Below are positions 31,079 to 42,525 of a stretch of 64,000 nt of DNA, one piece after another. The position numbers were made by a program, and so were the translations under genes. The notes under the pieces are model-generated. The model saw nothing but the letters and a program-made list of their open reading frames with translations. It searched no databases and was not told where the DNA came from. The DNA is from an uncultured Clostridium sp. (GTDB taxonomy: Bacteria > Bacillota > Clostridia > Clostridiales > Clostridiaceae): assembly GCF_934755305.1 (NCBI RefSeq), contig NZ_CAKVLD010000007.1. One strand, 5' to 3'. Within the stretch, counting starts at the first letter, position 1. Each line of letters begins with the position of its first letter.

Positions 31079-32698
31079 TTATTCTTGATCTAATATTATT
31101 TTCTTAGCTGTTAATATTGAAGTAGCACTCATTGAGAATTCGTCTAGTCCGTATTCTACTAGAGTTGGAATAGCAGCTTCATCTCCTGCCATTTCTCCAC
31201 ACATTCCTACCCATTTACCATGCTTATGAGCTCCATCAATAGTCATCTTTATAAGTCTTAATACTGCTGGATGCATTGGGTTATATAAGTAAGATACCTT
31301 TTCACTCATTCTATCAGCTGCTAATGTATATTGAATTAAGTCGTTAGTTCCTATTGAGAAGAAATCTACATGTTTAGCTAATTCATCAGCCATAACTGCT
31401 GCAGCAGGAATTTCAACCATGATACCCCATTGAATAGTATCTGAGTATTCTTTTCCTTCAGCCTTTAATTCTGCCTTACATTCTTCAACTATTTCTTTTG
31501 CTTGCATGAATTCTTGGATACCAGAAATCATTGGGAACATAACACAAAGTTTTCCATAAACAGAAGCTCTAAGTAATGCTCTTAATTGAACCTTAAATAA
31601 TTCTTTTCTATCTAAGCAAAGTCTGATTGCTCTATATCCTAAGAATGGATTCATTTCTTCTGGTAATGGTAAGTAAGGAAGAGTTTTATCTCCACCGATA
31701 TCAAGAGTTCTAATTACTACTTGTTTACCTTCCATTTTTTCAAGAACAAATTTATAGCTTTCATATTGTTCTTCTTCAGTTGGTGCATTATCTCTATCCA
31801 TGTATAAGAATTCAGTTCTAAATAATCCAACACCATCTCCACCATTAGCTATTACGCCAAGTACATCTTCTGGCTTACCTATGTTACCACAAACTTCAAC
31901 TCTCTTACCTGATTTAGTTGTTGTTTTAACATCTATTAATTTCTTTAATTCTTCTTGTTCCTTAACGAATTTTTCTTTCTTAGCTTCATATTCAGCTATT
32001 ACATCTTGTGATGGATTTATAATTACATCACCTGTAATACCATCTAGTATAACTATATCTCCATTTTTTACTGAAGTAGTTATATCTCCAAGACCTAATA
32101 CAGCTGGTATTTCTAATGTTCTAGCCATTATAGCAGCATGAGAAGTTCTTCCTCCTATATTAGTCATAAATCCTATAACTTTAGTTCTATCTAATTGAGC
32201 TGTATCTGATGGAGTTAAGTCGTGAGCTACAACTATTGTATTAGCTTCTGTTATAGCAAAAGCATCTCCACCTTTTCCTGCTAAGTTAGAAATTATTCTC
32301 TTTGATACGTCCTTTATGTCAGCTGCTCTTTCTCTCATGTAAGCATCTTCCATTGATTCAAATATCATAACGAAAGTATTAGTTACATTTTCAACAGCTT
32401 TCATTGCATTTACGCTATTATTTTCAATTTCAAGATTCATTGCTCCTGTAAACTCAGGATCATCTAGTAATGTTATATGAGCTTCAAAAACTGCTGCTTT
32501 TTCTTCTCCCATTTCTACTGCTGCTTTAGCTTTTATCTTTTCTAATTGTTCTCTTGATGAATCAAGAGCTACCTTTAAGCTTTCTTGCTCTTTAGCGATA
32601 TCTTCTATCTTAGCATCAGTTATAACTATTTCTTCATGTTCTTGTACAAAAACTTTTCCTATTGCGTATCCTTTTGAAGCGGCAATACCTTTTTTCAT
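31079..32698 (-). CDS. ptsI: PTS enzyme I (PEP-protein phosphotransferase)
   Basis: GGRTSHAAIMAR phospho-His motif, GLFRTEFL, FSIGTNDL, GMCGE. Confidence 0.96.
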   Translation of the reverse strand: MKKGIAASKGYAIGKVFVQEHEEIVITDAKIEDIAKEQESLKVALDSSREQLEKIKAKAAVEMGEEKAAVFEAHITLLDDPEFTGAMNLEIENNSVNAMKAVENVTNTFVMIFESMEDAYMRERAADIKDVSKRIISNLAGKGGDAFAITEANTIVVAHDLTPSDTAQLDRTKVIGFMTNIGGRTSHAAIMARTLEIPAVLGLGDITTSVKNGDIVILDGITGDVIINPSQDVIAEYEAKKEKFVKEQEELKKLIDVKTTTKSGKRVEVCGNIGKPEDVLGVIANGGDGVGLFRTEFLYMDRDNAPTEEEQYESYKFVLEKMEGKQVVIRTLDIGGDKTLPYLPLPEEMNPFLGYRAIRLCLDRKELFKVQLRALLRASVYGKLCVMFPMISGIQEFMQAKEIVEECKAELKAEGKEYSDTIQWGIMVEIPAAAVMADELAKHVDFFSIGTNDLIQYTLAADRMSEKVSYLYNPMHPAVLRLIKMTIDGAHKHGKWVGMCGEMAGDEAAIPTLVEYGLDEFSMSATSILTAKKIILDQE

Positions 32699-32921
32699 AA
32701 TTAATGATCCTCCTCGAAATATTACATATTTTTAGCTTTTTTAATCCTCTCTATTAGCTTATAGCTTCTTATCCAAGCTTCTCAAAATCACCAATTTAAA
32801 GGTTTTCTTAAAATATTGTCTAATTATTAACATAAATTATTATAACATATTTTTTTAACATGTTAACCTTTAAATTTCTATTTTTTAAATTAATATCATT
32901 ATTCCACGAATTCTGAAAATT

Positions 32922-33956
32922 TTACAAGTCATCTAAAAGAGTAGCTGCTTTAGCATATGCTGTAGATTTTCCTTCAAAGAAATCAGTCTTTACAGAATTA
33001 GCATCTGATAGTATATCAACCCAAGCAGCAGGATTATTCTCTATATTTTCGTATACCTTTGGCAAACCTATAGCTGATAATCTCAAATTACCTAAATATT
33101 TTATGTAATCTTCAATCAATTTCTTATTAATTCCTTGAATATTATCACCTATAACATAGTGTCCCCAAGCTATTTCGTGTTCTACTCCAACCTTTATCAT
33201 TTCAATAAGTTCTTCTTTAAGCTCATCTGTAAATAACTCAGGTTCCTCTTGTTGCAATTCCTTAATTATATTTCTAAATAACCATAAATGAGTATTTTCA
33301 TCTCTGTTTATATATCTAATTTCTTGAGCTGACCCCACCATTTTTCCATTTCTCTCAAGATTATAAAAAAACATAAAACCAGAATAAAAATAAATTCCTT
33401 CAAGAACATAATTAGCTACTATAGTTTTTATTAAGTTAACCTTAGAAGGACTCTCTATAAAATTATTATATAAATCGCCTATGAACTTATTCCTTGTAAG
33501 AAGAATTTTATCATCCTTCCATTGATATAATATTTCATTTCTCTTTTCAGGAGAACAGATAGTATCTAACATATAGCTATAACTTTGAGAGTGTACTGCC
33601 TCTTGAAAAGCTTGAATAGTCAAACAAAGATTAACTTCACTAGCTGTAATAAAATTAGATATATTCCCTAAATTAGCTGTTTGTATAGAATCTAAAAATA
33701 TTAAAAATGAAAGTATTTTATCATAAGCAATCCTCTCAGAATCTGAAAGATTTCCATAATCCTTTAAATCCTGAGATAAATTAATTTCTTCCGGTATCCA
33801 GAAGTTATTCATAGCTTGCCTGTACCAGTCACTAACCCATGTATATTTCATATTATTAAAATCATTTAGATTAGTGGTGTTACCATTAATCATTCTTTTT
33901 TTACTTACTTCAACATCTCCAAATTCATTAAACAGCGGCTTTCTTTTTACATCCAT
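32922..33956 (-). CDS. nrdB: Class I ribonucleotide reductase beta subunit
   Basis: FLDSIQ, EAVHSQSY, LEG..FYSGF, RDENTH metal and tyrosyl motifs. Confidence 0.9.
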   Translation of the reverse strand: MDVKRKPLFNEFGDVEVSKKRMINGNTTNLNDFNNMKYTWVSDWYRQAMNNFWIPEEINLSQDLKDYGNLSDSERIAYDKILSFLIFLDSIQTANLGNISNFITASEVNLCLTIQAFQEAVHSQSYSYMLDTICSPEKRNEILYQWKDDKILLTRNKFIGDLYNNFIESPSKVNLIKTIVANYVLEGIYFYSGFMFFYNLERNGKMVGSAQEIRYINRDENTHLWLFRNIIKELQQEEPELFTDELKEELIEMIKVGVEHEIAWGHYVIGDNIQGINKKLIEDYIKYLGNLRLSAIGLPKVYENIENNPAAWVDILSDANSVKTDFFEGKSTAYAKAATLLDDL

Positions 33957-33968
33957 ATCTTTTCACTC

Positions 33969-36197
33969 CTATGCCGAACAACTTTCACAGTCTGAAACAG
34001 TTAACGACTTACTTCTTACATAATAAATTGACTTAACTTTATTCTCACATGCCTCTATATAAAGATTCATAATTTGTCTCATAGTGTAATTTGTAGTTAT
34101 ATATAAGTTAAATGATTGTCCTTGATCTATATGTCTTTGTCTAATTCCATTAATTTTTACACACCAATTTTGGCTTATATTATAAGCTGAATTATAATAC
34201 CAATAATTATCATCACAAAGATTTGGTGCAGTTTTAGGTATTATACTTCCCTTCTTTTCTTCAAGATAAAATCTAGACATTACAGGATCTATCCCTTCAC
34301 TAGTCCCTGCTATAGTTGCAGTTGATCCATTAGGTGCGATAGCTAAAAGATATCCATTTCTCATACCAAACTTATTAACATCTTCTTTAAGTTTACACCA
34401 CTCTTCAGACTCATATCCTCTAAGCTTAAAGTAATCACCATTCTCCCAATCAGAACCATTGAATACTTCATAAGCCCCTTTTTCTTTAGCAATACTCATA
34501 CTAGCTTTTATTGCATAATAATTTATTTTTTCATATATCTTATCTGCAAACTCTAAATGCTCATCCGAAGTCCAATGAATTCTATTATTCGCAAGCATAT
34601 GATGATATCCACTAGTCCCAAGACCTATAGCTCTATATTTCTTATTCGTTATTTCAGCAAAAGGTACTGAATAGTAATTTAAATCTATAACATTATCCAT
34701 AGCTCTAATTTGAGTTTCCACAACAAATTCAAGTTCTTCATCATTTAAAACATCTACATTACCAAGCACTATTGATGATAAATTACATACTACGAAATCT
34801 CCTGCTTTCATCTTTTGCACAACAATCTTATCACCATTTTCATCAGTAATTTCTGACTCAAAAATCTCAATAGGACTCATATTTTGCATTATTTCTGTGC
34901 AAAGATTTGAAGAATATATCATACCTTTATGCTTATTAGGATTCATCTCATTTACAGTATCTCTATAAAAAGCAAATGGAGTTCCTGTTTCAGCTGAACT
35001 CTTAATAATAAGTCTAACTATATCTTTTACAGACATAACTCTTTTAGAAATTCTATCATCAGCTACACATTCATAGTACTTCTCTTCCCATTCTTCTCCA
35101 TAGAAATCCTCTAAAGAATATCCCTTTACAGTTCTTATTTCATGAGGACACATCATGTACCAATTTGCATCTATATCTTCCTTAGCAAGCTTCCAGAATA
35201 AATTTGGATAACATAGTCCTGGAAATACATCATGAGCCTTCTTTCTATCATCTCCATTATTAGTTCTTATTTGTAAAAACTCTGGAATATCCTTATGCCA
35301 AGCATCTAACCATATAGCTACTGAACCATTTCTAACACCTAATTGATCGACAGCTACTGCAGTATCATTAAATAACTTTATCCAAGGTATAACACCACCA
35401 GAAGCTCCTTTAAATCCTCTAATAGAAGAACCTAAAGCCCTAACTTTTCCAATATATATACCCATTCCACCACCATACTTAGATACTTGAGCAAAATTAT
35501 CAACTGACTTATAAATACCAGTTAAACTATCCTCTACAGTATCTATAAAACAAGAACTTAATTGATAAAATGGTTTTCTTGCATTACTCATAGTTGGAGT
35601 TGCCATAGTAGCTTTTAATGAACTTAAAACATCATAAAATCTTTTAGCCCAATATACTCTATTCTCTTTTTTTTCTGGAACGGCAAGGTGCATAGCAATT
35701 CCCATAAACATTTGTTGAGGCAATTCTAAAGTAGATCTATCAAAGTCTTGTACTAAATATCTTTTATTCAGCAAATCTATTCCACTATAATTAAACAAAT
35801 AATCTCTTTCAGGCTTTATTTCCTTTTCTAATTCTCTTATTTCTTCTTTAGAATAATTTTCTAAGATATACTTTCCATATAGACCTTTATCAGTTAAACT
35901 CTTAACAAATTTATATAAATCACTATATACATCTTCCTCTTCTGATAAACCTCTATTCCTTTTAACATCTTCATATAAGTTTTGAATATACAATTTAGAA
36001 GCTACAAATTGCCACTTAGGTTCCATATCAGTGGTTAATTCTAAAGAAATTTGTATTAGAGATTTTCTAATTTCTTTATCATCCATATTAGGTCTAATTA
36101 TATGCTCTAAAGCTTCTATAAGCTTTTCCTTCGTATATAACCCCTCATCATCTTTTATTGAGTCAAGAGCCGATTCACACATTATTTTAATATCCAC
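33969..36197 (-). CDS. nrdA: Class I ribonucleotide reductase alpha subunit
   Basis: ATPT, QLSSCF, SSNLCTEI, VCNL, APNGS, C-terminal CESC. Confidence 0.92.
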   Translation of the reverse strand: MDIKIMCESALDSIKDDEGLYTKEKLIEALEHIIRPNMDDKEIRKSLIQISLELTTDMEPKWQFVASKLYIQNLYEDVKRNRGLSEEEDVYSDLYKFVKSLTDKGLYGKYILENYSKEEIRELEKEIKPERDYLFNYSGIDLLNKRYLVQDFDRSTLELPQQMFMGIAMHLAVPEKKENRVYWAKRFYDVLSSLKATMATPTMSNARKPFYQLSSCFIDTVEDSLTGIYKSVDNFAQVSKYGGGMGIYIGKVRALGSSIRGFKGASGGVIPWIKLFNDTAVAVDQLGVRNGSVAIWLDAWHKDIPEFLQIRTNNGDDRKKAHDVFPGLCYPNLFWKLAKEDIDANWYMMCPHEIRTVKGYSLEDFYGEEWEEKYYECVADDRISKRVMSVKDIVRLIIKSSAETGTPFAFYRDTVNEMNPNKHKGMIYSSNLCTEIMQNMSPIEIFESEITDENGDKIVVQKMKAGDFVVCNLSSIVLGNVDVLNDEELEFVVETQIRAMDNVIDLNYYSVPFAEITNKKYRAIGLGTSGYHHMLANNRIHWTSDEHLEFADKIYEKINYYAIKASMSIAKEKGAYEVFNGSDWENGDYFKLRGYESEEWCKLKEDVNKFGMRNGYLLAIAPNGSTATIAGTSEGIDPVMSRFYLEEKKGSIIPKTAPNLCDDNYWYYNSAYNISQNWCVKINGIRQRHIDQGQSFNLYITTNYTMRQIMNLYIEACENKVKSIYYVRSKSLTVSDCESCSA

Positions 36198-36209
36198 TTT
36201 TTACTTCCT

Positions 36210-36268
36210 CCACAATATATAGTATATATACACTAAATTCTCATTATTTCTTATACAACATACAGTTA
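36210..36268. promoter_or_regulatory. Tandem NrdR boxes upstream of nrdA
   Basis: CCACAATATATAGTAT (36210-36225) and weaker ATACAACATACAGTTA (36253-36268). Confidence 0.6.
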
Positions 36269-36460
36269 TTATATTTATAGTATTTTAATATGTAAAACTG
36301 CTTATTCTACTTTCTAGCTATAATAAATAAAAATATTAAACTTTTTCTTTTAAATTCTCTTTTTATCTATAATAATTATTTATAGATAATTATTATTTAA
36401 AAACAACTATAAAAAAAGAATGTAAAATAACACAAAAATAATTTTACATTCTAAAATTCC

Positions 36461-38284
36461 TTAATTAACATCGACCTTAGGTAATACTACAAATAATTTG
36501 AACATGTCTCCATCCCTAAGAATATTAATACTCCCACCATGAAGTTCAATAATACTTTTAGTTATAGCTAGGCCAAGCCCAGAACCTTCTACCTTAGAAT
36601 TTCTTGATTTATCTCCTCTAACAAATCTTTCAAATATCTCATTATTATTAAAATTCATTTCATAATTAGCAATATTCTTAAAAGACATTTCCACTTCATC
36701 ATCTCTATCTATAACATCAATATATACTCTTGTATTTTTCAAAGAATACTTTAATGCATTAATAACTACATTTTCAATAACTCTAGACATTAATTTACCA
36801 TCAAGATCTATATATATTTCTTCTGCTAAACTATTCACCTTAAATTCAATACTTTTATCTTCATACAAATAGGAATATTCCCCCACCACCTGATGAATTA
36901 AAGATAATATATCGATTTTTTCTCTTGAAATTTGCATTTTTCCACTATTTATTTTGGACATTTCAAATAAATCATCTATTAATATCTTTAACTTTTTAGA
37001 TTTTTGCTCAACTATCATCAAATATTCAATTCTCTCTTCATCAGTAATTTCAGGCGATTTTAAAATATTAACATAATTAATTATTGAAGTTAAAGGAGTT
37101 CTTAAATCATGAGATACATTTGAAATAAGCTCAGTTTTTAGTTTTTCATTTTTCAAAGTATCTTCCACTGCTATTTCATATCCTTGTTTAATCTTATTTA
37201 TATTCTCTATAAGATCAAGTATTTCAGGACCTCCTTTTTCAGTAATATGATAATTTAAATCTCCCTCATTTATCTTTTTTAAACTATCATTAACCATAGA
37301 AATCTCTATAGTCTTCTTAATAGAATATATTATACCTATCATAGGTAATATCATAAGCAATATACTTCCTTTAAAAGGATAAGCTCTAAAAAATCTAACA
37401 AGCATATTATTTTCATATCCACCTATTGCTAATAAATATAAATAGACAATAAAAAATATAATAAACCCTACAATACTTCCTATCAATGCTCTTCTAGTTT
37501 GCTTATATCTAAACCCATACTTAAATACATAAATAATACTCATTATAAAATTTCCTCTAATCTTAAAATCATCGTTACCCTTTAAAATGTTCCTAAGAAT
37601 TTTCAAAAATAAAAATACTGCAACTAATGCTATAAAAATTAAATAACAAACTATTTTCATATTTTCTGAAGTTGAGTATGTACTTATTGCAGTATAATAA
37701 TATTCTTCAAAATCACCTACTATCTCATTATCAATAGTAAATTCTCCTTTTTGCACTAGACTGTTAAAAGAATTACTATTATCATAATAGGCTGAGATAT
37801 CTTTAGAATTATATTTTTCACTTATATAAGTTTTTATATTTTCTGTAGTATAATCCACATTATCAATTTGAAAATATTGGTTTGGATCATTGGTATATAT
37901 TTCATCTGTACTTTTATTTTTTATAATAAAATATATAACCTTACTCCCACTTTTCATTTCAGATTCATAGGTTTTATATAGAAAATTTTTTCTAAGGGAA
38001 TCCTTAACTTCAGGAGTCCCATACTTTAATAATTCTAAGCAATTTGTTTTAGTATATATCATATGTATATACTTACCAATATCCCCCTCCAAACTGCTCG
38101 CATAATAATTCTTAGGATCAACTGTTGCCTCTACAGCTGACATTACTCTTGAGTATGATTTACTTGAAAAGTTTTTATATGTTTCGACTCCAAAATAACT
38201 TACTATAAAAAATAAAACTATTATTTCTATAAGCCATACATTATTCATATAAGTTTTAATCTTACTTTTCAATTTTATACCCAA
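36461..38284 (-). CDS. Membrane sensor histidine kinase
   Basis: SHDLRTPLT H-box, NALKYS, GSGLGLAI; several TMs. Confidence 0.92.
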   Translation of the reverse strand: MGIKLKSKIKTYMNNVWLIEIIVLFFIVSYFGVETYKNFSSKSYSRVMSAVEATVDPKNYYASSLEGDIGKYIHMIYTKTNCLELLKYGTPEVKDSLRKNFLYKTYESEMKSGSKVIYFIIKNKSTDEIYTNDPNQYFQIDNVDYTTENIKTYISEKYNSKDISAYYDNSNSFNSLVQKGEFTIDNEIVGDFEEYYYTAISTYSTSENMKIVCYLIFIALVAVFLFLKILRNILKGNDDFKIRGNFIMSIIYVFKYGFRYKQTRRALIGSIVGFIIFFIVYLYLLAIGGYENNMLVRFFRAYPFKGSILLMILPMIGIIYSIKKTIEISMVNDSLKKINEGDLNYHITEKGGPEILDLIENINKIKQGYEIAVEDTLKNEKLKTELISNVSHDLRTPLTSIINYVNILKSPEITDEERIEYLMIVEQKSKKLKILIDDLFEMSKINSGKMQISREKIDILSLIHQVVGEYSYLYEDKSIEFKVNSLAEEIYIDLDGKLMSRVIENVVINALKYSLKNTRVYIDVIDRDDEVEMSFKNIANYEMNFNNNEIFERFVRGDKSRNSKVEGSGLGLAITKSIIELHGGSINILRDGDMFKLFVVLPKVDVN

Positions 38285-38945
38285 TTCCCCACACCACCTT
38301 AATATATTCAGGTTCTTTAGTATTTAACTCTATTTTTTCTCTAATTCTTCTTATATGAACTGTAACAGTATTCTCACTTTTATAAAAAGGTTCTTCCCAT
38401 ACTTTTTCATATATCTCCTTTATTGAAAAAATTCTTCCAAGGTTAGATGCTAATAAATAAAGTATCTTATATTCTGTCGCAGTTACCCTTATTTCTTCTC
38501 CTCTAACAGTTATCTTCTTAGCTAATGTATCTATTTCTAAATCTCTAACCTTTACTACACCTTTATCCTCTACATTAAGTGGATTTTCATATCTTCTTAG
38601 TTGAGATTTTACTCTAGCTACAAGCTCTAAATGATTAAATGGCTTAGATATATAATCATCAGCTCCTACATTTAGACCTAGAATCTTATCAGAATCCTCG
38701 CCTTTTGCAGACAACATTATTATTGGGATATTGTTATTTTCCCTTATTTTCATACAAGTTTTTATTCCATCTAACCTTGGCATCATTATGTCTAATATAA
38801 TTAAATGAATCTGATTACTTTCCAAAATATCTAAAGCTTCAAGTCCATCCTCAGCCTTAAGTACCTTTAAATTCTCGCCTCTTAAATATATTTCAATAGC
38901 GTCTCTTATTTCTTTTTCATCATCAACCACTAAAACATTATACAC
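38262..38945 (-). CDS. OmpR-family response regulator
   Basis: VVDDE, LDIMMP, GADDYISKPF, VWGIGY. Confidence 0.94.
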   Translation of the reverse strand: MYNVLVVDDEKEIRDAIEIYLRGENLKVLKAEDGLEALDILESNQIHLIILDIMMPRLDGIKTCMKIRENNNIPIIMLSAKGEDSDKILGLNVGADDYISKPFNHLELVARVKSQLRRYENPLNVEDKGVVKVRDLEIDTLAKKITVRGEEIRVTATEYKILYLLASNLGRIFSIKEIYEKVWEEPFYKSENTVTVHIRRIREKIELNTKEPEYIKVVWGIGYKIEK

Positions 38946-39039
38946 ATGATTACCTCCTTAATCTTATAGATATCTTTATTTCCTAACCTTATTAAAGCAT
39001 AAAAATTAAACTTCTTTATTACGTTTTTATTAATATAAA

Positions 39040-39750
39040 TTAAGATATAACTGCATTAAAAACCTCACTATCTCTAACTGGATCAAAGTCCTTTTCTGTC
39101 CTAGCTTCCTTTTTTATTCCTGATTCTCCCTCTTTAGCGCCCTCTATTTCTAATGCTTTCTTAAGATTTTCAACAGTTTTATCTACATCGCCTCTTCTTC
39201 CATAAATAGATGCTTTACCATAATAACTCCACATATATTGTTCTATTTCCAAGGCTTTATCATACCACAACAAAGCATCATCAAACTTTTCATATAATTC
39301 ATAATTAAAAGCTTTATTATATCTAGCATAACCATAGTCAGGATTAATTTCTAAAGATTTATCTATATCTTTCATTCCTTCATCAAAATTAACAAAAAAA
39401 GCCTTTGCTATTCCTCTAATATTATATGCCTTATAGCTTTCAGGGAATTTTTCTAGAATAGTATTAGCCTTTTCTATAGCACTAGAATACTCCCCTGCAA
39501 AAAAGCTATTATATGCTTCTTTATATAAACTTTCCTCTTCATTTTTAACTTCTTCTTTACCTTCTTCTACTACAGTAATATTTTCATCACTATTATTATC
39601 CTCACTAACTACTAATTTTTCATCCTTATTTTCTACATTAGTTGAATTTTTTCTATTATTTAAAGCCACATTAATAATAACCACTATTGAAACAATAACT
39701 AATATAAGTAAAATTATTTTCTTAATTTTTAAACTTCCAGGTAATTTCAT
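39040..39750 (-). CDS. Membrane-anchored TPR protein
   Basis: N-terminal TM, TPR repeats (AYNIRG, ARYNKA, SYYGKA). Confidence 0.8.
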   Translation of the reverse strand: MKLPGSLKIKKIILLILVIVSIVVIINVALNNRKNSTNVENKDEKLVVSEDNNSDENITVVEEGKEEVKNEEESLYKEAYNSFFAGEYSSAIEKANTILEKFPESYKAYNIRGIAKAFFVNFDEGMKDIDKSLEINPDYGYARYNKAFNYELYEKFDDALLWYDKALEIEQYMWSYYGKASIYGRRGDVDKTVENLKKALEIEGAKEGESGIKKEARTEKDFDPVRDSEVFNAVIS

Positions 39751-39920
39751 ATATAATTTTCACTCCTTTAACAATTTATAATAATAAATAACATTTTCTT
39801 TTTACAATAAATCCTTCAATTTATTATTTTATTCTATAACTACTTAACTTTACAGTTTTTTTTATATATAATAACATTAAAAGTGCTATAACATTTACAT
39901 TTTACTATGAGGTATTTATT

Positions 39921-40778
39921 ATGAATTTAATTAAAAAAAATAAAGATTTTATTCTTGATGTAGTAATAATATTTGTTGGTTGTTTTATTGCATCCATAGG
40001 TGTAAACCTATTTTTAAGTCATGCAAAACTTCTAAGTGGTGGTGCAACTGGTATTGCTCTTATCTTAGAATATATCACAAACTTTCCATCTGGAGTTTCT
40101 GTATTCTTAATTAATGTACCATTATTCTTATTAAGTTACAAAAAATTGTCAAGAACATTTACTCTATATTCAGCTATAGGTATGACCTCTTTATCAATTT
40201 CACTACTTTTAACAAAACAATTCTCTACCATAATACAAGTAGATGATATTTTACTTTACTGTCTTTATGGTGGTGCTTTATGTGGAATAGGTTATGGTCT
40301 AGTTTTTCTTAGAAATGGTTCTACTGGTGGAACTGATATTATTACCATGTTAATTAGGAAAAAACATTCAAATTTCAAAATAGGTTCTGTTGGATTTTCA
40401 CTAAACTGTGCAATAGTTATTTTAGGTGCACTTATCTTTGGTCTTCCAAGAGCTTTATATACTCTTATATCAATTTTCACTCAAGGATTAGTCCTTGACC
40501 AAATGTTAAAAGGTTTTTCTAGTAAAAAACTTCTTCTTATCTTAACAGAAAAAGAAGATGAAATTATCAATTACATAATAAAGGACTTACACAGAGGTGT
40601 TACTACATTACCAGCACGTGGAGAATTTACTGATAGCAACAAACGTATGTTGTATTGTTTGGTAACAACTAGGCAAATGATAGAATTAAAATCAACAATT
40701 CTATCAATAGATTCTAAAGCATTTATTAGTATTTTAGATGTATCTGAAGTTAAAGGAAAAGGATTTACTAATTTATAA
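39921..40778 (+). CDS. YitT family membrane protein
   Basis: LSGGATG, GSTGGTDI, RGVT, EVKGKGF. Confidence 0.88.
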   Translation: MNLIKKNKDFILDVVIIFVGCFIASIGVNLFLSHAKLLSGGATGIALILEYITNFPSGVSVFLINVPLFLLSYKKLSRTFTLYSAIGMTSLSISLLLTKQFSTIIQVDDILLYCLYGGALCGIGYGLVFLRNGSTGGTDIITMLIRKKHSNFKIGSVGFSLNCAIVILGALIFGLPRALYTLISIFTQGLVLDQMLKGFSSKKLLLILTEKEDEIINYIIKDLHRGVTTLPARGEFTDSNKRMLYCLVTTRQMIELKSTILSIDSKAFISILDVSEVKGKGFTNL

Positions 40779-40795
40779 TGCTCATAAATTAATTA

Positions 40796-40904
40796 TAAAA
40801 AGGGATGTCGTACAAAGATTAAATTATACAATACATAATATTTTAACTTCAAAAAGTAATACTATATATTGTTACTACAATCTTTAATGCGACATCCCTT
40901 TTTA
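40796..40904. repeat. 109-bp element with 15-bp terminal inverted repeats
   Basis: TAAAAAGGGATGTCG (40796-40810) / CGACATCCCTTTTTA (40890-40904), plus inner AAAGATT/AATCTTT. Confidence 0.65.
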
Positions 40905-40950
40905 CAAATTTAAATCTCTATACTTTACAAAAGCCTATTTTATTCAAACC

Positions 40951-41508
40951 TCATTTTAATGAATTAAGATATTTCTTCTTACCTATCTCATAAAGATTAT
41001 TTCCTTCACTGTCAACAACCACTATTAAAGGCATATCTTTAACCTCAATTCTTCTAATAGCTTCGGCTCCTAAATCTTCGTAAGCTATTACTTCAGACTT
41101 TACTATACTCTTTGCTATAAGAGCTGCTGCACCTCCAATAGCTCCAAAATATATACCTTTATTCCTTTTTATAGCTTCTATAACCCTTTCATCTCTATAA
41201 CCTTTTCCTATCATACCTCTTAATCCTAAATCTAATAGTCTAGGTGCATAAGGATCCATTCTGTAACTAGTAGTAGGTCCAGCAGATCCTATTACTTCTC
41301 CAGGCTTTGCAGGACTTGGCCCTACATAATATATAGCTTGATTTTCTATCTCTAAAGGTAGTTCTTTTCCTTGATCCAATAACTCTATTAATCTTTTATG
41401 TGCAGCATCTCTTCCTGTATAAAGTACACCTGACAATAATACTCTATCTCCTGCCTTTAACTTAATAACTTTTTCTTCAGTAAGGGGCATAAAAATTTTA
41501 TATTCCAT
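40951..41508 (-). CDS. Class I fumarate hydratase (Fe-S hydro-lyase) beta subunit
   Basis: TGRDAAHKRL, GPTTSYRM, MIGKG. Confidence 0.9.
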   Translation of the reverse strand: MEYKIFMPLTEEKVIKLKAGDRVLLSGVLYTGRDAAHKRLIELLDQGKELPLEIENQAIYYVGPSPAKPGEVIGSAGPTTSYRMDPYAPRLLDLGLRGMIGKGYRDERVIEAIKRNKGIYFGAIGGAAALIAKSIVKSEVIAYEDLGAEAIRRIEVKDMPLIVVVDSEGNNLYEIGKKKYLNSLK

Positions 41509-41517
41509 AACTACCTC

Positions 41518-42360
41518 CTATAAAATAAATTCCTTGTGCCTAGTTGCATGGCAATTTATATTAACAGCAACTGGCAAACCTGCTATATGCGTAGGATAAG
41601 TTTCTATATTTAATCCCAAAGCAGTAGTTTTGCCTCCAAATCCCTGTGGTCCTATCCCTAATTCATTAATTTTTTCAAGCAATTCTTCTTCTAAATTTTT
41701 ATAAAACTCATTCTTATTCCTAATATTAACAGGTCTAATCAAAGCCTTCTTGGCTAAATAAGCTGCCTTATCAAAAGTTCCTCCAATACCAACTCCAATA
41801 ACCATAGGAGGACATGGGTTAGGACCAGCTAATTTTACAGTTTCTAAAATAAACTTCTTGACTCCTTCTAATCCGTCTGCTGGTTTTAACATTCCTATTC
41901 TACTCATATTTTCTGATCCAAAACCTTTAGGTGCAACTGTTACTTTAACCTTATCTCCAGAAACAATATTATAATAAATTATTGCTGGTGTATTATCTTT
42001 AGTATTTACTCTATGTATAGGATCTTTAACAACAGATTTTCTTAAATATCCTTCATCATATCCTTTTCTAACCCCTTCATTTATAGCATCTTCTATGTTT
42101 CCACCAATAAAATGAACATCTTGTCCAACTTCTAAAAATACACATGCCATTCCAGTATCCTGACACATAGGAACTTCCTTCATTTCTGCTATTTCATCAT
42201 TTATTATAATCTTATCAAGTACATCTTCAGCCACATCGTAAGACTCTTCTTTTTTACACCTTAAAAGTGCCTCTTTAATATCACTACCAATAAAATAGTT
42301 AGCCTCAATACATAGCTTTTTAACTACTTTCTCTACCTCTTCTACATTTATCTCCCTCAT
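41518..42360 (-). CDS. Class I fumarate hydratase (Fe-S hydro-lyase) alpha subunit
   Basis: [27 protein letters not shown]. Confidence 0.9.
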   Translation of the reverse strand: MREINVEEVEKVVKKLCIEANYFIGSDIKEALLRCKKEESYDVAEDVLDKIIINDEIAEMKEVPMCQDTGMACVFLEVGQDVHFIGGNIEDAINEGVRKGYDEGYLRKSVVKDPIHRVNTKDNTPAIIYYNIVSGDKVKVTVAPKGFGSENMSRIGMLKPADGLEGVKKFILETVKLAGPNPCPPMVIGVGIGGTFDKAAYLAKKALIRPVNIRNKNEFYKNLEEELLEKINELGIGPQGFGGKTTALGLNIETYPTHIAGLPVAVNINCHATRHKEFIL

Positions 42361-42525
42361 TAATCCACCTCCAAATGCTTATAATATATATTTTATTTAT
42401 ATATTCCCTTATTTACAAGTTATTTCTATCAATTATTATTTATATAAAATAAAAATAGGTATTCTATATACATATATATAAATACCTACTTTAATTTAAT
42501 ATATTATTCTATATTTCCTTGGAAA

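Noticed and set aside
32922..36197. O2-dependent class I RNR in an anaerobe
   Set aside because: Common in clostridia; metal ligands and radical Tyr look standard, with no intein or intron visible.
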